Source: Octopus sinensis
Taxonomy: Eukaryota
Assembly (NCBI RefSeq): GCF_006345805.1
Contig: NC_043002.1
Location: 48,918,001-48,982,000, forward strand
Length of the DNA stretch: 64,000 nt
Direction: 5' to 3'
The notes under the pieces are model-generated. The model did no database searches and was not told the DNA's origin. It saw nothing but the letters and a program-made list of their open reading frames with translations. A program made the position numbers and the translations under genes. How positions within the stretch are numbered: position 1 is the stretch's first letter; every line of letters starts with the position of its first letter. This document shows positions 36,640 to 48,715 of this stretch, one piece after another.

Positions 36640-36948
36640 TAAAAGCAATTAAGATTCAAGTGAGTTCTGTTGAATTCACATGAATGTGGTACTTAACTTA
36701 GATGCACCAGAAATCTATATGGTATTAAACATAAGATAATGCGGGGTGATTATAAACAAGAAAAAAGCAACAAAAATGGATCAATATTTCGGTACAATTG
36801 TTTCGTACGAAGACCAGCTTTATTAAGGCTGCAAATATTGCAGCAAATACAAGTGACCCATACTCATCAGCCGAAAAAACATCTGAGTTCTCCAAACATC
36901 TAAGGGGGTGAGGCTACACTCCTGAAACATCAGGGATAGTTCTATAAA
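36640..36948 (-). mobile_element. Penelope-type terminal repeat (pLTR-like) in TA microsatellite
   Basis: Contains the intact hammerhead; flanked by (TA)n on both sides; no ORF. Confidence 0.6.
36787..36876 (-). ncRNA. Type I hammerhead ribozyme, intact core
   Basis: UUUCGG CUGAUGA GUAUG [49 nt] CGUAC GAAA CAAUUG UA/ CCGAAA: 6-bp stem I, 5-bp stem II with G10.1-C11.1, palindromic stem III ACAAUUGU, GUA cleavage site between 36793 and 36792. Confidence 0.85.
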
Positions 36949-36967
36949 AATCATATATATATATGTA

Positions 36968-37033
<66 letters not shown>

Positions 37034-37062
37034 GATGATGATGATGATGATATATATATGTT

Positions 37063-37450
37063 ACGATCCAGAAGGTGAATGACAATGATCTTTTTGTGTG
37101 CTCAGTTTGTGACAGACCATGCCTTTCTTTTGCTGGGCTCAAATCTCATTTATGAACCCATGGAAAATGAACCTCCACCAACTATTCTGCCAATATATCT
37201 GTGTAAACCTTTGAATGCAGTGTATGCCAGAAGGTTTGCAAATATTAATGGAGGTCCCAAAAGACATTTTAAGATCCACAAAGATCAGAACTTATCTGCA
37301 GCTCTTGGTGGTTCAAATCGGATGTGCAATGTATGTGGGTGTCTTTTCAGAACATTATCTGGCTTAAAAATCCACATCAGATGTCATGATGGTTTTAAGG
37401 TCACGGTTTAGGAGGTGGTCAAACTCTGCATAAGGAGTAGACAACCACCA
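37063..37450 (+). mobile_element. RTE-like LINE 3' end encoding three decayed C2H2 zinc fingers
   Basis: CSVCDRPCLSFAGLKSHL*TH, CSVCQKVCK..KRHFKIH (one frameshift), CNVCGCLFRTLSGLKIHIRCH, then a short 3' UTR and TA tail. Confidence 0.7.
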
Positions 37451-37569
37451 TATATATATATATATATATTATTTATTTATTTAATTGAACGTTGTGTACC
37501 CATTCCCAAGTAAGTTTGTTGTCACACACATATATATACATATATACATATATATATATATATTTATAT

Positions 37570-37700
37570 ATACTAAGCAATAAGGGTTTAGCAACGAGTT
37601 GCCTTACCACATACCGAATTTAGAAATAGCAGTCAAAGGGTTATTTCTAAATTCGGTATGTGGTAAGGCAACTCGTTGCTAAACCCTTATTGCTTAGTAT
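37570..37700. repeat. Perfect 59-bp inverted repeat with 13-nt loop
   Basis: 37570-37628 is the exact reverse complement of 37642-37700; loop GCAGTCAAAGGGT. Confidence 0.95.
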
Positions 37701-37835
37701 TACTTAAATTTTCCTCGAATGAGGCTTTTACATGCCGAAGACTACTTGGTGTAATTGATAATTTTTCCAAATTAATTAATTTCACCCTTCATTATTATGG
37801 ATAACTATATTTATATATATATATGTATATATATA

Positions 37836-38345
37836 TGAGCAAAACGCCCCCCCCCCGTCCAATGGACAGTGCTGAATCATGTCTGCTGAATAAAAAGCAA
37901 TCAATGTTTTCTTTTCATTAAAAAATAATTAAACATGCTTTTATTTCAATAAAATTTTTGGTTTCGTTAAATGAAGTTAAGGCAAAAAGAAAACTTCTTG
38001 AGAAACCAAATAGTCTTTCCTTCCTTCATGCCAAGTTTGAAGAAAATATCTCTTTTGTATCTTGCATTTTTGGTTTCTTAAATATATTGCATTTTGTGCA
38101 AACTGCATGTGCATTTTTGTCGCATACGTGTAGTATCGATCGCAACAGCTGATGTACTTGCACGTACAAATGCACATTCCCAGGGCTTTATTGATTGCAT
38201 TCTCACCTGGAATCGATTTTTGTAATTTTTTCAAGACTTATACATGTCCTGATACCATCGGTATCTAATTATCAAATTTGAGCGCAATCGGATGGAGGAT
38301 GCCCGAGATCCTAGAAGACACACAGACAGACAGACAGGCCGATTT

Positions 38346-38356
<11 letters not shown>
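37836..38356 (-). mobile_element. Non-autonomous Helitron-like element, same termini as 26373-27203
   Basis: Shares the ~250 bp 5' block and ~35 bp 3' block (hairpin CCGTCC-AAT-GGACAG, end CTCA|T) but has a different interior. Confidence 0.65.
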
Positions 38357-38391
<35 letters not shown>

Positions 38392-38624
38392 GTGTGTGTG
38401 TGTGAATGTGTGTGTTCATCCTCAACCACCACTTGACAAGTGTTGGTGTGTTTACATCTGTAGTTTGGCAACAGAGAAAAAAATTAGTACCAAGCTTAAA
38501 AAAGTAAAACGTACTGGGTTCAGTTCATTTGACTAAGTAGTCTTCAAGGTGGTACCCCAGAATAGCATTAGTCTAGTGACTGAAACAAATAAAAGATAAA
38601 AAATATAATATTCCCCTGTACCTC

Positions 38625-38815
38625 CAGGAGGAGGCTTGTCAATTACATCAACACCAGTTCTCAATTGGTACTTGTTTTATTGAATTATCGAATTTGAAAG
38701 CATGAAAGGCAAAGTCAACCTAAGCAGAATTTAAATTCTGAATGTATAGTATAGTCAGAAGAAATATCACACAACAATTTTCAATTCTCTGTCAATTTTG
38801 TCGGCTCACTGCCTT
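38625..38815 (-). mobile_element. SINE family B
   Basis: TTGGTACTTGTTTTATTG..ATGAAAGGCAAAGTCAACC..CTCACTGCCTT. Confidence 0.7.
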
Positions 38816-39029
38816 CATCCCCCTATATTATAATAGTATGACCACTGCTTCAATCAAGGGGTCTGATATGAGCATGTATCACACTTTTCACTAGTGCATT
38901 TTAGATACCTAAATTTTTACAAACTGATGCAGTCATCTCCTTGACCTCTCACCTTCACCCAAAGAAGTGTCCAAGATGTGACAGCAGCCGGAAGATGAGA
39001 TTGCACCTTAGATCTTGATTATCTTTTAT

Positions 39030-39868
39030 TTGTTTAAATCATTTGACTGTAGCCATATTGAAAGGTTAGTTGAACAGATTGTCCCCAGTACATATTTTTA
39101 AGTCTGGTACATACTCTATTGGTCACTTTGCTGAACTGCTAAATTACAGTGATGTAAACAAATCAACAACTGTAGGCAGGGCTGGATTAAGAACCATAGA
39201 GGCCCTAAGCACTTAAAAGGTTTTGGTGCCCTCAAGTATATGTAAATGGTTCAAAATATAAGCAAAGATAATTCAAAATGTAAATGATAATAAACCATAA
39301 AATAAATTTTTATCTTTCAAAATGAAAATTCACAGTAGGATGGAAAATAATGTTTATTTTTGTATGCTTCCATTTCATTTATATTTGAAAAGTTTCGTCC
39401 TTCGTTTTTTTTATTAATTGCAAAATGTTTGATGATATCGTTAAAATTTATTTTACATAAAACTTCTGCTTCTATACTTATTAGAGATAAGGCATTACGA
39501 ATATCATTTTAGCAAGTTTAAAGGGATTTCTTTCGTGCTGTAAACCATTATCATTTCTGTGGTACCCCTGTCCCTAGATGCTCTAAGCATCAGTCGACAT
39601 CAGTCGACAAACAATAGTAGGGGGACAAACACAGACACAAAAACACACACACACACAAAAATACACACACACAGACACATAAATACACACACACACACAC
39701 ATACATACAATAGGCTTCTTTCATTTTCGGGCTATCAAATCCATTCACAAGGCTTTGGTCAACCCAAGGCTATAATAGAAGACAGTTGCCAAGGTGCCAC
39801 ACAGTGAGACTGAACCCAGAACCATGTGGCTGGAAAGCAAGCTTCTTACCACACAGTCATATTGGTGC
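39030..39868 (-). mobile_element. SINE family A interrupted by a DNA-transposon-like insert
   Basis: Tail 39030-39170, insert 39177-39590, remainder and head 39590-39868. Confidence 0.75.
39177..39590 (+). mobile_element. hAT-like non-autonomous element, one end missing
   Basis: Terminus CAGGGCTGGATTAAGAACCATAGAGGCCCTAAGCAC of the CAGGGCCGGATT type; the CTAAGCA motif recurs at 39582. Confidence 0.45.
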
Positions 39869-40107
39869 CTATAAGGATAATATAACGTATATGAATATAA
39901 ACTCAGCAACTCAAAGCTGGTGTGTGGTGCAGAGATAAATGTAATCTGCTATTAAAGCCTGTTATCCTCTGTCTTTGTACCGATCTTATGCAAAGAGAAG
40001 TTCCACATGTATGTCCAGCCCTGGAATATTACCTTACTGTAGGACAACATGTGGTAGCCAAACAAGAAAAACATAAGAGCTCTTAAATGCACATTACATG
40101 GTTTTTA

Positions 40108-40141
<34 letters not shown>

Positions 40142-40145
<4 letters not shown>

Positions 40146-40325
40146 AGAGTTTACGAAAAAAAACAACAAAAGACAAAGACAGGTGGTGTACAAAACAAAT
40201 AGATGTATTAGTATAATGCTCAGGAATAGAAAGTCTTTTACGTTTGGAGCCTACGCTCTTTCTTCTACAGAAAGCGACACAGAAAACAAGGAGAGAAACA
40301 AGGAGAGGAAAAAATGTGTGTAGTG
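40142..40325 (-). mobile_element. Penelope-type repeat with decayed hammerhead-like motif at 40235-40274
   Basis: CUUU CUGUAGA AGAA A GAGC GUAG GCUC CAAA CGU A AAAG: stems I and II intact, GAAA mutated to CAAA. Confidence 0.5.
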
Positions 40326-40331
40326 GCTAAC

Positions 40332-40351
40332 TATATACATGTATATATATG

Positions 40352-40430
<79 letters not shown>
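40332..40430. repeat. (GA)n microsatellite
   Basis: Direct reading. Confidence 0.95.
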
Positions 40431-40431
<1 letters not shown>

Positions 40432-41159
40432 AAGAACAAGCTTGCCCCCCACACAGTTTGTTTCTATATACCAAATTCTCTCACAAAGCATTGTTCAGCT
40501 GGGACCATAGTAAAAGACACTTCCTTGATACTTTATTTTATAGATCCAGGAAGAATGAATAGTAGAACTATCCTGGTATGAGTTGAACTCAAAACCTAAA
40601 CCGGAGGGACACATATTCTTCGGCAATTTGTCAGGCACCTTAATGTTTCTTCTAGTTCACTACCATTAGACACACACACACACACACAAAGTGGATTTGT
40701 GCATGTGAAAAGTGAAAAAGAAGTGGGGAGAGGGGAGAAAGAGTGGGGGTGAGAAAGAGAGAAAGATTTTCTTCTGAGGATTATAGAACATTTTTCCACA
40801 AATCTTTTCTGGCAGTATGTCTAAAGGAAGGCTGGCTTTAAAAGATTACATTCAATATTTCATCAAAGGTACCACCTAGGAGTAGATCTGTCCAATTACT
40901 TGGCTCCCACTGTTGTACATTCTTCTGTCTAATGTCAAAAATTTTAAAGATGGAATCAATCTGATATTTACTTTCTTATCTCCATTTACAGTTTGATCTT
41001 ACCCATTACCTACACATGCACACACACACATACACACACACACACACACATGTAAAAAGATAGGTAGATAAATATGTTAATATATTTTGCTATATATGCA
41101 ATATACACTTATTCACAAGCTCACATATACAAACACAGACACACACGTGTATGCATGAG

Positions 41160-41249
41160 TATACTTGCTTACCAACACACCTGTTTATATATATATATAT
41201 ATAATTACCTGTCTATATATATATATATATATAATTACCTGTCTATATA

Positions 41250-41318
<69 letters not shown>

Positions 41319-41690
41319 TATAAGTCCAATACAAACTTACATACATATCTGCATATATGTATTTATGCATACATGCATAAATACATATATACATGCATAA
41401 GCACATATATAAACACATACATAAATACACACATACATACATGAATACATTACATAACTACATATATATATATATGTATATGTAAATACATACATAAACA
41501 CACATACATAAATATATACATACATACATATTTACATATGTATATACATATGTATATACATAAATACATACATACATACATACATGCATACATACATAAA
41601 TGCATACATATATACACATACATACATACATACATCTATAAATAGATATATACATAAATATATACATACATGCATTTGTACATACATACA
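41160..41690. repeat. Compound TA/TAGA/TACA low-complexity tract
   Basis: Direct reading; includes two tandem copies of (TA)nATTACCTGTC. Confidence 0.9.
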
Positions 41691-42379
41691 TAAAATGATG
41701 GCTAAACTGGTCATAGCTGGCTAGTTCACAAACCCAGCTTTATTTTTAGCCTAAACTTGCACATCCCATCTCCACACACATACTCACACGTGCGTGCATA
41801 CTTTCATGTGCATTCGCACACGCTCACACACACACACATACACACATGCATGCATGCACATACACACATACTCACTCACACACAAACACATATAAGACTG
41901 CAATAAATTGTGGGTATGGCAATGATAGTGGTGGAGGTGGTAGCGTGGCTGACTGTTTTAGCTGGCACTATGATGTTAGTGAGGGAGGCAGGATTGCAAT
42001 GGCAGTATGTTCAAGTGATGATACCCATCATGACACAGCCCATAGACCAAACCACTGCTGCCTGCCTACTGGCCTGCATGCCTGCCTTGTCTGTTTGGCT
42101 GTCTTATGCCTCTTAAAGGGGTTCTAGTGTTGTAAAACAAAAGACAGTCTGATATGCTACTGTCCCTGTTTTAGTGTTCCCCTCTATGTAACATAGCAAT
42201 AACAAAATAGCAACAATAATATTGCTGTTTTTGTTGTGGTTGTTCAATATTTGTAATTCAAGTTGAAGAATCAAAATTTGTAGCTTTGTCTTGAATTTAC
42301 TTGAGAATATGGTCATGACTAAATGTGGATGATGCCACAGTGAAGTTTATTGTGGTCAAGTTGATCTGTTATTCTTATC

Positions 42380-42622
42380 TTTTATTTGTTTCAGACTGGA
42401 GCCATGCTGGAGCACCACCTTGAAGAATTTAGTCAAATGAATTAGCTCCAATACAATATTATACTTTTTTAAAAGTTCGGTAGTTATTCTATCAATCTCT
42501 TTTGACAAGCCACTAAGTTATGGGGACATAATAAACAAACTAACACCAGATGTCAAATGGCAGCAGAGGACAAATACAAACACCAAGACATACATGCATA
42601 TATACATATATTTATATATATA

Positions 42623-42664
<42 letters not shown>

Positions 42665-42905
42665 TATATAAACACACACACATACATATATATTATACGT
42701 ATATAGACACACACACACACCAACACATATGCACATACAAACACACATTACGGGCTTCTTTTAGTTTCTGTCTACCAAATCCACTCACATGGCTTTGGTT
42801 GGCCAAAGGCTATAATAGAAGACACTTGCTCAAAGTACCAAGCAGTGGAACTGAACCCAACACCATGGGGTTGAGAAGCAAGCTTCTTTCAACACAGCCA
42901 CTTCT
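42380..42905 (-). mobile_element. SINE family A
   Basis: Tail, expanded TA/CA tract and head all present. Confidence 0.8.
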
Positions 42906-43555
42906 AAAAACAGTAGAAGTAAATATTTCTTCTTCATTAACCCTTCAATTGCAAAATTAAAAATTTCATGGTTATTCCAGCGATGGTGTTACATAACTAC
43001 CAATAAAATAGAATTGGTAATTTCTATAAGTCATGTTGCTTCAATAAACAAGACATATGTCAACAAAAAGTAGTTTCAAACATGACATTCCTCAACATAG
43101 GACAGACTGTGTTTGGTGGTTAAGAATAATGTAAGTTTCAGTGGATATATTTGATTTCTTTTGCAAAAGGGTTTAAAAAAATATGGAATAACAATTAAGC
43201 TTTAGGAGAGACATCTAGCCATAAAAATTATGCCAAAATAGACAATGAAGCCTATTGCAGCCCTCTGGCTTGTCAGCTCCTATCAACCCACCTAACCCAT
43301 GCCAGCATGAAAAGCAAATATTAATTGATGATGATGATGATGAATTATGTAACTATAAATACAAAAAACATGAGTTATTAAAATTTATTTCAATTTACCA
43401 GTAATTCTATCTCTCAAGTAAGTGGTAAACCTTTGAAAATTTACCTTTCTATTTTGTTTCAAATTTTGTTGATGTGTCACCTCCTTTTAATCATAAATAA
43501 TCTTTAAATCATAAGTAATTTTTAATCATAACCATCCCATCTTATTGTGTGTCTT

Positions 43556-43772
43556 TAAGGCAGTGAACTGGCAGAATCATTAGCACACCAAGCAAAATGC
43601 TTAGTGGCATTTTATTTGTCTTTACATTGTGAGTTCAAATTATGCTGAAGTCAACTTTGCCTTTCATCCTTTTGGGGTCAATGAAATAAGTACCAATTGA
43701 ACACTGGAGTTGATGTAATTTACTTAACCCCTCACCTAAAATTGCTGGCTTTGTGCCAGAATTTGAAACCAA
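43556..43772 (+). mobile_element. SINE family B
   Basis: AAGGCAGTGAACTGGCAGAATCATTAGCA..TTTGCCTTTCATCCTTTTGGGGTC. Confidence 0.85.
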
Positions 43773-44059
43773 TATTTTTGCATATCTTGGACTACATTAT
43801 GTAATGTGTCCTCTCCTTTCCAAGATGACAGGGTGCAGTTTATTGGAGAGCTGGCTGCTATTTCCAACAGAAGGAATGCTGCATTGAAGCTTCCTTGTAG
43901 CATCATGGGTACAATGTATTTTCAAAAGGTTATGATATATTGTGGCTTGTTTTTTTAAAAAAACCCAGAGAAATCAAGCATGATAAAACTTCTCTCTTTG
44001 TGTGAAAAAAAAAAGCACACTGTTTTAAGCATGTATAACACATGTGTTACTACATGGTA

Positions 44060-44280
44060 ATGAGTAATGTGTATTGAATGAGGAAGACCTATTGAGAATG
44101 AAGAGAAATAAGGTAAGCATGATCTGTTTGACATTCAATGCTAACCTTCAAAAAAGGCAAAACACAAGAGAGACGAGAGTACATCAAAGACATCAACTGT
44201 AATGTTCAGAAAAGAAAGAGTACACTGGTATGGATACATGATGTAAATGAATGATAAATGCCAGGTGTAAAAACACCATA
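44060..44280 (+). mobile_element. RTE LINE 3' ORF remnant
   Basis: KRNKVSMI.. and INCNVQKR..VHWYGYMM, matching the RRLRWYGHVMR motif. Confidence 0.55.
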
Positions 44281-46034
44281 TGCTGACCTTGTGCCTAAAT
44301 CAAAAGCCACCACCACCACCATCTCCACTACCGCCATCTTATGATCATGACTGCAACACCCTAACCATTAGGCTATACACCTTCTGACTTACCCCTCTTC
44401 ACAAAATGACTGGCCTTGTACCAAAATTTGGAAGCATTATCATCATCATCATCATTATTGTTATTAATCTGTTGTTATTATTGTTGTTGTTGTTGCTACT
44501 ATCTGTACTTGATCAGGGCTCACCTGGGGCTAAACAACAAGAACAATACTTTCAAAATAAAAACTCCTGTGACCTTTCACCTGCCTGAGTTACATAGACA
44601 ATCCTTTCTCATAGTCACCAACATAGATGAAGATAGCCAATGATTGGTCCACATTGGAAGTCAGAAGCCAATGTCACTGTTTTTTTTCTTTGCAAAATGC
44701 AATATAAAATAAATATTCAATTCTTCAATACAAAATCAAAATTAAATTGCAATTAATATAATTTTGTATTGACAAAAAGACTAACCAACATATCATGAAA
44801 TGATTAGATAGTTTAGAATTAGTGTGATATATGTAGCTTTTTACGAGGTACATTAACATAACACTAATATTGTTTTAAATTAAAATGTGACTCTTGCATA
44901 CAACATCACCACTATGTTCTCAAACTGTTGCAGTTACTTGTGCTTAATCTAAACTTCAATATCCTACTAAGTTGTTTACAGCAAAAATGGACTTTTTAAA
45001 GAGGAAATGCAAACAAAAGAACAAAACAAAACATTAAAGATTTCCTCTGAAAAAAACAAACCAAAATCTGCAAATCATTCTTCTTGAATAGAAGTTGTGA
45101 ATTGTTATTCTTTTTATTGCCTTTGCATTAGTTATTTTTCATTAGTTATTATTGAAAATAAATGCTTCATAAAACGGATCAGATACAGAATCACAGTTTA
45201 CAGAAGCCATTACTGGCAAATTTTACAAGAGATTAAAGCTTAAATGGATGTAACAAGCTTTTGTAGATTGTTATCACTAGTGTTTTCCGGTTATAAGAAC
45301 AGAGCTTCCCCCACCCCCTCTCTCTCTCTATCTATTTCTCCCTCTTTCTTTCTTTATCTGTCCATAGCTCTCAGTTAAGGAGAGTTGCTGTAATGACAAG
45401 GGATATGCTTTGTACTTTCCTTTTTATACTTTAAAATATGTATAGATGGTTATTATTATGAACAAGATCAATTCTTAAAATGTAAAAATGTATTACCAAA
45501 AATGATATTTAAATGATGAAAGCACTTTTAAAATATTTTAATGTTTGATAGATGTAGTAATTTGTTTATTTAGGTAAATTTTGAAAGCTTCTGAAAACTG
45601 GAAAAAAAAAATACTAAAGAGCTTTGACTGTGACTAAATTATTGATCACCTGTCAATACAGAAGATACTTGAGATAAAAAAAAATAGTTGCTAGAAACGG
45701 CAGGCATGTAAGTATTTGTTAGTGCAACTTCAGACAAGTGCGTGTGTGTGTATCATTTTACGAATACAGGAGTCATACATGAGCTACTTCAAGTTTCATG
45801 CTTAAATAGTGTAGTAATCAGGTGAGATTGTACAGTGTATTGTGAATGATAAAGCAAATAATGTCGAAACCTAGACATTATATGCTGAATGGTAATTCCT
45901 TCTATTTCTAGCTATTTGTCCTGTCAATCCTCTTCTACTGTTTCAATGACTTTGAGGATATTTCTGACTGCAGATAGTATTCATTTTTTTACTTTGTACA
46001 ACATAGTTTTTCAAACCCAATATCACAGTACTGA

Positions 46035-46790
46035 TGATGTCATCTGCATTTAAATAAACCTTTACCTCTTTTTAGGGCAGTGTGCATAGTGCATTGTGAA
46101 CAGCTTCTTAGTTCTTCTAGTCCTTGTAGCTCTGTCTTTGTCCATTTTAGAAAAGAAGCAGTGTATCTTAACACCAACATGGCCCATGTTTCATGCATTT
46201 CCCTAATCCTTCTTTTGTGTTGTTTGGAGACATTCATTCTCATAACTCTTTTCATTGCTCTATCAACCTGCTGCACCCTTAGGCACATGTCTATTTCACT
46301 GTTTCTAATTATATCATCTTGTAGTAACTTTATACCATCAAATTTAATCTTTCAGCACACTTATATAATTATAACTGCACACTTATTCACTGTAAAATGC
46401 ATACCAGTAATCTTGCTAAAATTCTTATGGTTTAAATCAGAGAATCTGGGTCCTCTTTTTTGTGTACAATTTGAGGCCATTTATATATAGCAGAGGATTT
46501 ATTTTTACCTTGGTTTTGGTAAGCTTATAAGCAGGCCTGAATTTCATCAATATGTTATACTTGTCATAAAGTAATGGAGAGAGCACAATGTCTTGAAATA
46601 TCCTCTTGCAAACTTTCACATTTCCTAGTGATTCATTTTCATGTACTAGTTCTACTTCCCATGATCTCATTGCTTTTTCAGAGAATCTGTTAATCTTCTT
46701 ATTGACTCTAAGTACCCTCAGGCACTTCAAGAGCCAACAATGTAAAACATTGTCATAGGCTTTCTTACAGTCAATTTGACCAACAGCTAA
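46035..46790 (-). mobile_element. R4/Dong-like LINE, decayed RT domain
   Basis: ORFs 46437-46730 and 46040-46288: LGNVKVCKRIFQDIVLSPLL, KINPLLYINGLKLY, LRYTASFLKWTKTELQGL, RGKGL. Confidence 0.85.
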
Positions 46791-46830
46791 GTTCTACTTC
46801 TTCTTCTTTTGGTTGTTATTGTTGTTGTTG

Positions 46831-46861
<31 letters not shown>

Positions 46862-46881
46862 CGCCGCCGCCGTCGTCGTCG

Positions 46882-47468
46882 TCGTTGTTGTTGTAAGGCA
46901 GCAAGTTAGTTGAGTTGTTAGCATGCCTAACAAAATACATAGCTGCATTTCTTCCGGCTTTACATTTTGAGTTCAAATTCTGCCAAGCTGACTTTCCCTT
47001 TCGTCCTTTTGGGATTGATAAAATAAGTTCCAGTTGAGTATTAAAGTCCATGTAATTAACTATCCTCTCCCTCCAAAGCATTGCTGGTATTGTACCAAAT
47101 ATGAAACTATTATTATTATTATCATTATCATCATTATTATTATTATTATAATTATTATTATTATTATTGTTGTTGTTGCTTTTTTCCTCATCATTATTAA
47201 GGCTGCAAGTTGGCAGAATTCTTAGCATACAGGACAAAATACTTAGCAGCATTTCTTCCAGCTCTTTATGTTTTGAGCTCAAATTTCATGAGGTTGATTT
47301 TGCCTTTCATACTTGCTGGGTCAATAACATAAGTACCGGTCAAATACTAGGTGGATATAATCAATTAATCTACAACCCATATTATTTCTGGCCTTGTGCC
47401 AAAGTTTCTTCTTCTTCTTCTTCTTCTTCTTCTCCTTCTTCTTATCCTTCTCCTTCTTCTTCTTGTTC

Positions 47469-47527
<59 letters not shown>

Positions 47528-47680
47528 TAAGGTAGCAAGCTGGCAGAATTGCTAGCATGCTGGACGAAATACTTTGCCTTTCATCCTTTCCGGGAATCGA
47601 TAAATTAAGTACCAGTGAAACATTGGAGGTCAATGTAATTGACTTCAGGCCTTGTACTTTTAGTAGAAAGGATTATTATT
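46882..47680 (+). mobile_element. Head-to-tail train of three SINE family B copies (~46882, ~47198, ~47528)
   Basis: Each starts (T)TAAGG..GCAAG.T.G directly after a trinucleotide microsatellite. Confidence 0.75.
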
Positions 47681-47785
47681 ATCATTATTCAGTAGTCTTA
47701 TTTCTATCACATACTTTCACTGCACTACTAAGTGCAACTCTGTGTGCCTTGGATATGTGCTGTGGTTTGTCGTGATGCTCTTATC

Positions 47786-47957
47786 AGGTGTAGGAGTGGC
47801 TGTGTGGTAAGAAGCTTGCTTACCAACCACATGGCTCTGGGTTCAGTCCCACTGCATGGCACCTTGGGGAAGTGTCTTCTACTATAGCCTCGGGCTAACC
47901 AAAGCCTTGTGAATGGATTTGGTAGACAGAAACTGAAAGAAGCCTGTCGTATATATG

Positions 47958-47988
<31 letters not shown>

Positions 47989-48200
47989 GTGTATATGTTT
48001 ATATGTCCGTGTTTGTCCCCCCAACATTGCTTGACAACCGATGCTGGTGTTTATGTCCCCGTAACTTAGCAGTTCAGCAAAAGAGACCAATAGAATAAGT
48101 ACTAGGCTTACAAAAGACTAAGTCCTGGGGTCGATTTGCTCGACTAAAGGTGGTGCTCCAGCATGGCCGCAGTCAAATGACTGAAACAAGTAAAAAAGTA
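47786..48200 (+). mobile_element. SINE family A, full length
   Basis: Complete head, internal tract and tail. Confidence 0.9.
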
Positions 48201-48204
48201 AAAG

Positions 48205-48530
48205 AATACTGTATTGAAAGTATTTTATGTAGGATGTGTGCGGTGCCTAGTAGTGCTATTTTCAGTATATTATATATACTTTTAAGTCCTGGTGTTTTTG
48301 TTATGTATTTGAATATTTTTTTTATCATACCTAATGTGCCTACTATGATAGGAATTGTTTCTGTTTTTAGACTCTACATTCGAGTTACCTCTGTTTCCAG
48401 GTCTTTGTATTTTGAAAGTTTCTCCATTTCTTTTAGAGAAACATTGTCATCTGTTGGTATTGATACATCAATTAGAAAGTATATTTTTTCTTGATGATCT
48501 CTATATTTGGCCTATTGGCCTTAATTACTC
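48205..48530 (-). mobile_element. R4/Dong-like LINE, restriction-like endonuclease C-terminus
   Basis: LIDVSIPTDDNVSLKEMEKLSKYKDLETEVTRM*..TIPIIVGTLG..KIALLGTAHIL. Confidence 0.85.
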
Positions 48531-48534
48531 TATC

Positions 48535-48575
<41 letters not shown>

Positions 48576-48589
48576 CATCATCATCATCA

Positions 48590-48628
<39 letters not shown>

Positions 48629-48715
48629 TATTATTATCATTATTATTATTATCATTATTATTATTATTACTATTATTATTATTACTATTATTATTATTAC
48701 TATTATTATTATTAC

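Noticed and set aside
41846-42127. 93-aa ORF with a hydrophobic C-terminus
   Set aside because: Begins in a CA microsatellite; two frames are open together, which points to low-complexity composition rather than coding
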